The notes below the pieces were generated by a model. The model was given only the letters and a program-made list of their open reading frames with translations. It did not search any database and had not been told where the DNA came from. Positions 53,266 through 64,000 of a stretch of 64,000 nucleotides of DNA are shown here, one piece after another. The translations under genes were made by a program, and so were the position numbers. How positions within the stretch are numbered: the first letter of the stretch is position 1; each line of letters opens with the position of its first letter. The DNA is from Thalia democratica (taxonomy: Eukaryota). The DNA lies in contig OZ241826.1 in assembly GCA_965202585.1 (NCBI GenBank), positions 37,262,001 to 37,326,000 on the forward strand, read 5' to 3'.

Positions 53266-56200
53266 CAGGGGTCGGCAGGCAATTGGTGGTCGCGGGCCAA
53301 ATTTCAAATTTCCAAAGTCTTCGCGGGCCGCAGTTTTAGTTTTAGTGACATTTGTATAATCTTATGGTTTTAGTTTTAGTCACACTAAAGAAAAGTTTTA
53401 CTTTTATTCACCTTATTATTTAAAATGACTTTTAGCTATACATAGAATGCCTATTCAAATTAATATTCATTAGATTATGATTTACATTGACTAATATACT
53501 TTAATAAATATGTACTAATATTGTTAATAAAATATGTACTTTCATAAGCACTTAATAAGTTAAACTTAATACTTTTTTTTTAATTTTACTTACAACCTAA
53601 CTCTCTATAAAAACCTAACTTCAAAGACAACTTATGGGTTACTTTTATACATTTGTTATATCATCAATACTTTTTTATATTTCTAAGAATATTTACTTCG
53701 AAAAAAGTTTTGCAAGTTAAATAATTTACACTCATTAAGAAATTTAGTAATTAGTTAACATAATAAAATTAATACCTGTTTGTATTCCAGAAAGCTAAAA
53801 CAAATGATTTAATTCTCAAATACTTTAATAAAATATTTTATTAGTAATTAGACTTTTTCATGGTTGCCACTTAAAAATCGAAAATGTCTGAGATGTATCA
53901 AACCAGCTTAAATTTATTAAAATTTAAAAAAGCTAATAAATAGTTGTTAATCAAGCTTAAATACCTAGTTAAAATATCATTATTATCAAAAAGTTCACAA
54001 AGTGCAAGAAAACAAGAAAAACATGCAATTAGTAAACTACACAACAGTCATAAAAACTATTATGAGAATTGGAAGATTTCTTTAAAGTGTTTGAAATAAA
54101 AGCTTCACACACACCTGAGTTTTTAAGCTTTTAAAATAGCCTTTTTGTGTAGCAACCCAGTTAATATAAAGTTCACTACATAAAGAAATAGCAAAGGTTA
54201 TTAACAGTATATAAATTACATGCCAAAAATATATAAGTCAGCTGGAATGGACAATTAAGTTTCTTAAACAAGTTTAACAAAAGTATAAAATTCTAATGAG
54301 TCATTAGCGAGGTAGATTTTTTTTTATTAAGCATGACAGCAATTCTTTATTTGCAATAAGAGTATTGCATTTAAAAATATTAATTGTAAAATATAAGACG
54401 AGCTACAAGAATAAAAAAAGCGTTAGTTAGGAGTTATTGCGAGAAACAATAAAAAAAAATCATCAAAGTTATTTCCGACAAAGCACATTATTATCTTCAG
54501 TAACTACAGAATAATCAGAAAAAATTGCTAAGGCAAGTAAAAAAGTAGCAAAATTTATTAACTAAAATGATATATCGTTTATAACTGAAAACTTTTATAA
54601 AGAATTGATGTTGGCGGTAATGAAAAACTTTTGTTTATTTCTTCAATGACAACATGAAATCGTGTTTAGGAAATGCATTAAGGTTATAAAGTCGCATAAA
54701 TCAAATTAGGACATGAGAGCACTGATAGAAAAACTATTGTCAATCTGAGAACTTTTATTAGAGATTCTTTTACTAACTTTGACATTTTAGTAGAATTTCT
54801 TGATTTAGTTCCAACGCGAAGCACAACAATCGGTGAAATTTTTCAAGTAAAGGTGCAATGTACAAATACGGAGTTTTTGGAAGTACAATTTCTTCTTTTA
54901 TTTTTAGTATAAAGTTTAAAAAAATTAAAAAAAAATGTCTTAAAACATTTATCATTATTAAAAAATACTGTTAAGCTACTATGATATATTTTTTAATAAA
55001 AAAACATTTATTTGGTAATTGTTTTTTAGTCAAACCGAAATTTCATTACTTTAAATGTAAAAATTGTTTGAAACTCCAGGTTTTTCAAAAATTCTCAATT
55101 CAAGTTTTTGTCTAGAATTTTTAACCTTAAATTTACAAATTCAAAGCTTTTCCGGGATTCAACTTTTTTGGTAACACTGATTGTTCATTCTTTAATGTAC
55201 ACAAAAATATAAATAATATTTTGAATTATATTAGCTGCAAGACTTAAAATTTAACATATATTAAAACTTAAACTAACACTGTGGATTGAGCAAAACATAC
55301 ATCATAAGTTTAAGTTGCCACTCTTTTAAGCAAAAAAGCCAGCCTGAGTCAACAAAAACATTCCTGATATTTTTGTGAACAAAAAGCAATTCTAGCCAAA
55401 AACTTAAAAAATGGCTTAGTTGGCCTGAGATTTGAAGTCTTCAAATAGTGATAGTCTCTGTGTGTGGCAATGTTAAGTTGTTTATTTGCTTGAATTTGAA
55501 CTTTTTTGACTAACAATGTACAATCTTTATAAATTTACCATCCCTATATCTAGTTTATGTTAAATAGGTTGCTCCAAAAAACAGCAATTGTGTGTATTGA
55601 TATGCAAGGCATAAAAATTAACTTAGCTTGAAAAAACAATGTTTGAAAAATGGAATGTATACCTAACAAAAACTAAATTAACTTTTGTCATATATATTGT
55701 TTTAAATGTGCTTGTACAAATTTAGATATGACATGTATAAATAACAATGTTAGAAAATTATGCATAAACTAAACTTAAACTGACTAAAGTATTAAATAAA
55801 AAGTGGTTTAAAATATGAGTATTTTTTTAAGATGTGTGTGCATAGAAAACTTATAAAAATTTAAAATGTTTCAAAACAAAAATCAAATGAACCTTATTTC
55901 TTATTACTATGTTATTTTGAATGTTTTCACACTAAAATATAACATTTACAAATAAATAAATTATAAAAGAAACTGAGGTATAAAAAATATTGAAAAAGTG
56001 TATCTAAGCTATAAAGAAATGACACTTTAGTTAATTACTGTGCAATACTTTTGTACAAAATGGAAAATGTTTGCATTTAGTTTATTTAATAACTAGGTAT
56101 TATATAACCAAATTATTAAATCCAAGCACTCTTGACACTCTTTTTTCAGATAATTACTTACTGTTGTAAAAAAGAAGTAATAATGAAACTGAGAAACATA

Positions 56201-56478
56201 TCCTGTTAGAACGCTAATCTGTCTTTTTCACATTTTTAAATTAAAGCAGTATTTCTTAAAATTATTTTAAAATGTTATAAAGAGACTTAAAATCAAACTA
56301 ATCAAATTAAGTCGAATTACCGAAAAATTTAACAAGAAATATAATTTTGGTCAGCGGGCCACATTTACATGCTCGCGGGCCACAAAATTTTCTTTCGCGG
56401 GCCGCATTCCATTCAAAAAAATAACATGCTCGCGGGCCGCAGATTTATCCTTCGCGGGCCGCAGTTTTCCGACCCCTG
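53266..56478 (+). mobile_element. hAT (Buster/Charlie/SPIN-like) transposon, decayed
   Basis: TIR CAGGGGTCGG; exact 8-bp TSD CACTAGGT (nnnTAnnn type); subterminal CGCGGGCC repeats; degraded transposase-like traces at ~54350-54850 (e.g. DLVPTRSTTIGEIF). Confidence 0.92.
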
Positions 56479-58502
56479 CACTAGGTATTGCATAAAAAGG
56501 TGCAACTAGGGCTAAAATATAGCTATTTACTAGAAAGTTAAATGTTTGTTCAATAGCTGTCTTAAAACAAATCCTTCAAAGCAAATCGCATATACAATTA
56601 ATAAAACAACGATTTTACTTCTTTACTATTGTTTTATATATATTTTTTAATTTTGGCGTTAAAAAATTTTGAAAGATAGTTCTTTACTGTATTAAATAAA
56701 ACAACGTCCGTATAACTATTTTCAAAACTAAGAAAACATAACTAATATAAATTATTAGTTTTTAACTTAATAAAGGAACAAATTTCTTTTGTAAAATCTA
56801 ATTGTTAGATGCTTTGTTAAATTTGTCATTAAGATAAGAATTTTTTTTAAGTCTCTGCTTAGCGAACGGACCAATAACAAAGTTGTACCTAAAAATTATT
56901 ATTAAAACTTATAAACAATTCTTAATTTACTAAAATTTAATTACACCTATTTTGTTAAAGAGAATAAACGGTTGGAAATTATAATCCAGCCAGCAACAAA
57001 TAAAACAAGATAAAAGCTTTAACCTATCAAATAAAATTAAGACTTAAAATTATCACTATTGGCTTACAATTTGATGAATGCAAATATATGTTTAACTATG
57101 GTTTTACAAGTTATAATTAAATTAAGTTTACACTAAGAGTTTATTAAGTACACGTTTTTTATGCGTTAGACAATGTTTACAAAAAACTATCCGAGAATTT
57201 TACGGACAAAACCTTTTGATTAAAAGTTGTTTATGACTAACAACATAATATTTAAACGTATAAGTAAAGATTATTATTAAAAATGTGAACTTTTTTGACC
57301 TCAAATTTTCTAAACAAAGCTCAGGAAGCAAACAAAACACTAAAACTGTTAATGTTTAGTTTTGTACTTTTTCTACATACACTAATTTAGATATTCTTCA
57401 TAACTATGTTTGCTATAAAGATTTTCATCGATGCAGCTGTATTTTTTAAGAAACTTAAATAAGTTTTGAAAAAGTAATTCTTTTTTGTTTTGTTCTTTAT
57501 TTTAGAATGTTCAAACTGAGTAAAATTAAAAACACTTAAACTAAAAAAAATAATTAAAATTAAAGATGTCTTCAAAAATTACTTACCTTTAAACATATTT
57601 ATTATAAAACCTTATTTTTGATGATAACAAAACAAACTAAAACAAGACTTATAAATCTTGTTTATACACCTAAGTATTACAATTTACTAAGCTTTAAAGT
57701 ATTTTTTTTAATATTTATTTTATATACTAAATGACCTAAAAAACAGTAAAGTTTTATTAATTAACTTCAAAAAAGTTGCATGATTTTCATTTCCAGTTAT
57801 AAGTTTGATAACAATATGTTTCAAGTTTGTTTTATTTAGTAATTAGAAAACGTGTTTAAGTTATTTCTCACAATAAAGTTTCGTTTAGAAACTAAAAGCG
57901 TAATTTATTTACTTAAAGCAATAATAAAGTGTTACTATTATTTATACAATTTTATTTTTTCTATATTTTTTATATAATAAAATTTAAGTTTTTTTATTTA
58001 GATTTTAGTGGTGCTAATTAATGTTTTTTTAAAATAGAAGCTCTATTTTAAAGCTTTTGTTGCGATAGTATATTTTGTAGTGTAATTTAAGACTGATTGA
58101 TAATAATTAATTTTAATTAAATATGATATCAATGATATAAAAACATTATATTGATACCGTGATAATATAACTTATACATCTTTAAATACACATTAGTGTA
58201 AACGTTTTAGTAATAAATTATCTTAAGTTAAATGAAACTACTTAATTAATATAAAAACATTCTTAAGTCAAAAATAAGCTTCATGTTTTTTAAATATTAA
58301 ATTCTAACTTTTTAATGAAATAATGAGAAGTGTTAATTTCATTAACAAAAATAAAGTACTTGATTGTTTATATTTGTTCTTAAAAATCTATAAACATTAA
58401 ACACTCGTAAACTTTATATTTTTCTATATGTTATCTTTAAGACTGTTATAATAAGATCGTATCAGTTATAAAGATTGCTTTATTTTTCAGCATAATATCT
58501 AA

Positions 58503-59186
58503 ATGTCTCAGTTTGATAGAAGTTAATTAGTGTCTCTAGCTGAAATGTCTTTAAAAAATAGACAGTTTGTTGATGGAATAAGCTATATGAAGGAAGTAAT
58601 AAAAATGGGGACACCTCTTAATTACGAAGAAAGAAAAATGTTATTTTACAGTTATCGTAAGCTCAGAGAACCACACTTGAGCTCTTTTTGTCCCCTTTGT
58701 CACACCGATGTAGATGACTAATTAAAAAAAGAGTTGGAATTAAAATCTACAACAGCAATAAACAAAATTTGTGATGAAGCTATTGAATTGTTAGATAGTT
58801 ATTGGGTTAAGAGAGATACCAATATCAAAGCTGTTGCTGATTACAAAAACTTTCGAGTAATTCAGTATTATAATAAAGCTGATGTTACATTAGGACCTAA
58901 TAAAAGTTTAGAAAACAGAGCGTTGAAGTGTTTTGAAGATGCATACGAGATTGTGAAAGGTAAAATTAATCCAGCTCATCCAGTTAAACTCCTGATAGCA
59001 GTCAATCTTTTCTCATCTATTATCCGTTTAACTTGTTTTGTTGATAAAGCTTTTACTATTGCTAATGAAGCTTATAAAGATGGTCAATCTCGTCTACCTG
59101 AGTTGCCTGAAGAGTTAAAACACTATGCAAACAAAAACATTCAGTTGTTAAAGATGAGAATTAGCGCATGGAGCAAGCTCGTGTAA
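58503..59186 (+). pseudogene. Divergent intronless 14-3-3-like gene with two in-frame TAA stops
   Basis: DRS*LVSLAE...YMKEV...LNYEERKML...ICDEAIELLD...HPVKLLIAVN...IQLLKMRISAW aligns along the whole 14-3-3 fold. Stops at 58524-58526 and 58719-58721; no frameshift. Confidence 0.85.
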
Positions 59187-60336
59187 ATGCTTGAATACTT
59201 AAGTTTTTATACTGAAACACAAACTTAGCTATGATGTTCAGCTTTAGTTGTTAATAAACATATATTTATAAGTATACTATTTGTGCTATCTTTTTATATA
59301 TATATTTATTTTATGACATGATTTAAGTCTGTTGTCTGTTTTTAAATGCGTTTGTGTTGCTTATAATAAACTAAGTTCTGAAACATGGATTGTTTTTTTT
59401 TAGCTAATGTATAAGCAATTTTTTTATTAAGTATGTTTACTATTTTTACGTATATTGCGTTATTTTAATTAAGTTAATGTTCGTATATATTGTAGTAATT
59501 AATATTGATGTATTGATGTAACTAATAGATATGTTTTTTCGATGACGATCAGTTTACATAGAATATTGATAAAAATAAAAATTTTGATTTCAATCTTCCG
59601 AAATGAATTAAAATAAACACTTATTTTAGCCGTTTTATAAACAGCTACATGCTTTTTCTTTTTTATTGTAGTGAAAATTTTGATGCAACGTTGTTATGAA
59701 GCTATATACTTTAGTTTATTATTTTATAAGTTTAAATTCATATGAACTAGTCTACTAATAATGAATTTAATTATTACATCATAACCAGATGACTTTCGTT
59801 AATGTGTAGAAATAGGTAAACCTAAGTTATAAATGTTTTCTTAATTATTTGTATAGGTTTATATTTTTGTAATTATTATATTTAAAAAATAGTTTATTTA
59901 TTAAATAATAACAAATATTAGAATATAAAGTTCTGTATTATTTTTTGTGTATATTAATTAAAGATGTCTATTTCGTAACAACACAAAAAATAATTTATAC
60001 AATTAATAATATTTTAGAGTTACTCACTTATTGATTAGTATGATTGTTTTAAAGAAACAAAAATAAAACAAAAAAATACATTAAGTACAAGATAAAACTT
60101 CCTTATATTTTGCTAAAAATAAACTTGAAAAATATATATAATGAAACTTGTTTGTTTCATACAAACAGTTGTCGCATGACGTTAAATGCGAGAAACGTGA
60201 ACACAAAATTTTATGTACTAAAAATTATAAACATTTGTTTCTGTTTAAGTTATTTGCACTTAACTATCACCACAAAAGGACATAATACTTACTGTTTTTG
60301 TTTATTTAATTTATTAAACTTAAGGCTGGATCCAGT

Positions 60337-60430
60337 GGGTGGTTGTCACTTTTGCACGAAGCGTTACTTTTGCACAAGCCTCATTTTAGCTCAAGGGGAC
60401 AATTTTGCACGGCGTCACTTTCAAACGGTG
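60337..60430 (+). repeat. Solo terminal fragment of the TTTTGCAC-array element
   Basis: GGGTGGTTGTCACTTTTGCACG matches the right terminus of 60597-62628. Confidence 0.65.
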
Positions 60431-60596
60431 AAAATAATTTTATAAAACTCTAATTTTAAATCAAACAGTACAAAATTTGTTCAGAAAAATATACTTGTAT
60501 GGTTGAAATTTTGATAAAGGCTAAAAAATATTATTGCAAGTTTTTTTTTTAATTTTAGTAGCTTATATTTAAAACTAATTCAGAAGTACTTAAATT

Positions 60597-62628
60597 GGGA
60601 ACGGGTCACTTTTGCACGAGCGTCAATTTTGCACGAGGGGACATTTTTGCACGAGGGTCACTTTTGCACGAAGGGTCACTTTTGCACGAGGGGACACTTT
60701 TGCACGGCGACTCTTTTGCACGAGCGTCACTTTAGCACGAGGGGACACTTTTGCACGGCGTCACTTTTGCACGCAGGGTCACTTTTGCACGAGGGAACAC
60801 TTTTGCACGAGGCTCACTTTTGCACGAAGGGTCACTTTTGCACGAGGTGACTCTTTTGCACGGAGGGTCACTTTTGCACGAGGGGAAACTTTTGCACGGC
60901 GACTCTTTTGCACGGAGGGTCACTTTTGCACGAGGTGACACTTTTGCACGAGGAGACATTTTTGCACGGTGACATTTTTTTTTAATTAAAAAAAAAATTA
61001 ACATAAATATTATTCGCTTTTAAACGGAAGTTGTTTTGAATAAAAAAAATGTGGTAGTTTTTTAATAAAATTTTATTGTAAAATTTATTTGAAGTTTTAC
61101 GTAGAACAACATAATAACGTACCACAATTCATTAATTTATATTTTTTAGCTTAATTTAAACAAACTAGTTGAATACACATTTTTGATTTTAAATAAAAAC
61201 AATTTTGAATACATTAAATGAAAATAATCTGAACTTCGTTACTTTTTAAACAGAAAGATAAACTTAATTTAGTATGGCTTTAAAACACGAATCTTGAATA
61301 TTAATTTTTACTTATATTCTCTTGATGTTGAAATTAGCATTATATAGTTGTTAAATAAATATTTTAAATATATTTTAATTTTAAACAATTGTCAAATTAA
61401 AAAAAAGATTTAGTTAGTTTATGAAGTGTAAAAGTATTTCAGATTTTACCTGATGTTTGTTTTTATTTTTTAAATTAGCGTGAGAATAAAAAAAGCAATA
61501 AAATAGCGCAACTTTTATGATTTAAACTTAGATTATTTCATTTCAATAATGTTGCATGATCATGATAAGCCAAAGAGAGAGTAACATTTGGAAGTTTGAA
61601 CTTATGTTCACCAAAAGTATCAAGAGATGCTTACACCAGCATTCCATGATTGTGAAACAAGCCAATGAGAGCCTAACGTTAATGTCCTTGGAGCTTTAGG
61701 CTTTTATTTTTGTTGTTAGTCAATGCATTTAAATACTTGATGCTGATCGTTCTACATCAAAGCGTAAATAAATACTAGTTATTGGTTAAAACTTTGCTTT
61801 TTATGTTAACCTATAAATTTTATATCAAATTATGTTTTTATCTATGTTATAAAAAATAAATTGTATGTGCTATTTTAATTTTTCTTTATGTGTATTCCAG
61901 TTTAAGTGGTCTAGGTTTTGATGCCTAGGTTCATCATGTGAACATTAAACTTGTAACCGTATAGTTAAACATATAAAAAGGCATAGTTGTTGATTAATAA
62001 ATTGAAATTCAAAATAAACTAGAACAACTTAGTCAAGCTTAAAGTATTTTTTATCCTAGTTTCTGTTTTTTGTTCCTGGTATGAATCTTATATAAGTAAT
62101 TTTATTCTATCTTTTCGTTAGTTTGTTTCTAACATTAATTTTTACTGTTTAAGATTTTAGACCTTTCTTCTTTTGCCATTAATATAGGTATATTATAAAA
62201 TTTTAGTTTTCAGTTTCTTTTTATGTTACAGACTTGGTAGTAGCTAAAAAACTTTTAATCGGCCTGCATGCAAAACTGATTTTCCGTGCGAAAAAGTCAT
62301 CGTACAAAAATAACGCTGTGCAAAAATTTTATCGTAAAAATGTGACGTTGTGCAACAATGTTCCCGTAAAAAATTGTCATCGTGAAAAAATGTCGCCATG
62401 AAAAATTGTCTCTTCGTGCAAAAATGTCTCCTCGTGCAAAAGTGTCACCTCGTGCAAAAGTGACCCTCTGTGCAAAAGAGTCGCCGTGCAAAAGTGTCCC
62501 CTCGTGCAAAAGTGACCCTCCGTGCAAAAGTGTCGCCGTGCAAAAGTGTCCCCTCGTGCAAAAGTGACCCTCGTGCAAAAGTGTCCCCTAGTGCAAAAGT
62601 GACGCTCGTGCAAAAGTGACACCCACCC
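60597..62628. mobile_element. Foldback/Mutator-like non-autonomous element with tandem-array TIRs
   Basis: Ends GGGAACGGGTCACTTTTGCACGAGCGTCA / GGGTGGGTGTCACTTTTGCACGAGCGTCA; exact 9-bp TSD ACTTAAATT (60588-60596, 62629-62637); inverted arrays of ~19-20 bp TTTTGCAC units at 60597-60972 and ~62270-62628. Confidence 0.88.
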
Positions 62629-62637
62629 ACTTAAATT

Positions 62638-63700
62638 ATTTAGAAGGATAAAAACAAAAATAAAATGCTTATTCAAGGTTATTTTAATAGTATTAGTTTT
62701 GAATAAAGTGTTTTAAAATAAACTAGTTTTTTTTTAATTAAAATTCTTGTTCAAAATTTACTTAATGTGATTTCTAAAAAGCAAACGGAAAATTTCAAAC
62801 GAAATGTTAACATCAAAATATTATTTTTATACATTTCTATAAACGAGCTTTATGATATTTTCAAATATTCTTTAAAGCTAAATCTATTATATTGATTTCC
62901 ATTCGATTTACCTTATATAAACTAATGATAAATATAAAATGAAACTTGTTTGTTTCTTACAAATAATTGCGTGAAGGACATTAAAAAAGGACAAAAATAA
63001 TGTTATATGTACTAAGAAATAAAAACGTTGTTATCTGTTTATACTATTTGTACTTTTAAAACACCACTAAATGACTTTGTGCTTTACAAACTGTACTGAG
63101 TAAAAGATAATTTAAAGCTGGATTGATAGATCACTAACATTAATCTAAAAGAGCAATATTAAAGAACTTGATACCATTGTAATGCTAAACTTTAAGACAA
63201 AAAGTTTTTGCAGCCAATACAAAGCGTATTTTAAGTCTGAAAAAATTTATAAAAGTACATTCTAAGTTCATACTTAAATAACAGTAAAACTTCTTATATA
63301 ACATGACAAAAAATTAGTTCAACTTTCCGAAATGTATTTTGTTTTTAATAGTTTTAATGAATAGCAATAAGACTTTTTATTTTAATTTTAATGCAATTGT
63401 TAATGAAATTTTGTTATGAAGCAAATTATTTAATTTTATAATTGGAAAGTAATAGTTTCAAGTGAACTAAACTATTAACACTGAGTTCAATTATCACGTC
63501 ATAACCACATAACTTCCGCTAACGTGTTAAAGTAATTAAAACTTAAGTTATTTCTGTTTGTTTAATTAGATTTTTAAATCTTTATTATCATCTTTATAAT
63601 TATCATATTTTAAAACATATTTGCTATTTTTAATAATGAACAAAAATAAAAATATATAGTCCTGTTTTTGATTTTGTATAAACAAATTAATGCCCAAATA
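62638..63700 (+). repeat. Family A copy (its 5' part at ~60430-60596 is separated by the foldback insertion)
   Basis: Cores at ~62939 and ~63492. The rejoined flanks match ~6920-7140. Confidence 0.8.
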
Positions 63701-64000
63701 TATTAGATAAATACAAATACTAAAGGTAAAAAGTTAGATGAGTTTTAACCATTTTAAAACATTAAAACTTTTAAACGGTATATGTTTTATGATTTGTATT
63801 TATAATTATTAATCATAGTAAGCAGTTTCTTGTCGAATAGGATACTCAAAAAACATTAAGTAATAAAAAAAGTGGTTTCACATTAACTAATAAAAATAAA
63901 TTATGCTTTCAAGTGAACTTATAAAAACAAATTATGGTTTAGTTTTCTAATTATAAGTAAACATAAATTTGTTTTCACTGATACATTTTGTTAAAAACTC

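Noticed and set aside
58503-59186. Alternative genetic code (TAA read as Gln/Glu) to explain in-frame stops
   Set aside because: TAA and TAG terminate the 14-3-3-like frame, gag, pol and Meis normally; the long Meis CDS has no internal stops.
9621-60445. Isolated F/K/L/I-rich ORFs (9621, 37781, 45555, 52963, 54773, 57387, 60110)
   Set aside because: Composition expected by chance in AT-rich DNA; several use non-ATG starts; no domains recognised.
60597-60972. CRISPR-like repeat-spacer array
   Set aside because: Spacers are ~10 nt and recur, there are no cas genes, the context is eukaryotic, and the arrays form transposon TIRs.
60597-61004. ORFs rich in FARR/HFCT/LLHE (also 8917-9237 and 62297-62676)
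   Set aside because: Translation artefacts of the TTTTGCAC tandem arrays, open in several frames on both strands.

Overview
Very AT-rich eukaryotic DNA. Gene content, introns and repeat style suggest a hydrozoan cnidarian such as Hydra (inference). Main contents: (1) A full-length Ty3/Gypsy LTR retrotransposon on the minus strand (10541-20178; TG...CA LTRs of ~595 bp, ACAG target-site duplication), inserted into a kelch-repeat pseudogene. It carries gag, a -1-frameshifted pol, a third ORF that looks like a class III (herpesvirus gB / chuvirus / rhabdovirus G-type) envelope glycoprotein, and a possible fourth small Arg/Ser-rich ORF. (2) A 12-exon divergent Meis-class TALE homeobox gene on the plus strand (39146-47173). 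(3) An intronless, highly divergent 14-3-3-like reading frame with two in-frame stops and a remodelled phosphopeptide pocket (58503-59186). (4) DNA transposon relics: two hAT elements with exact 8-bp TSDs, a Foldback/MULE-like element with tandem-array TIRs and a 9-bp TSD, and a palindromic Penelope-like GIY-YIG fragment. (5) A multi-copy dispersed repeat family of unknown class with conserved palindromic cores. Family assignments come from motifs recognised by eye; no database searches were run.
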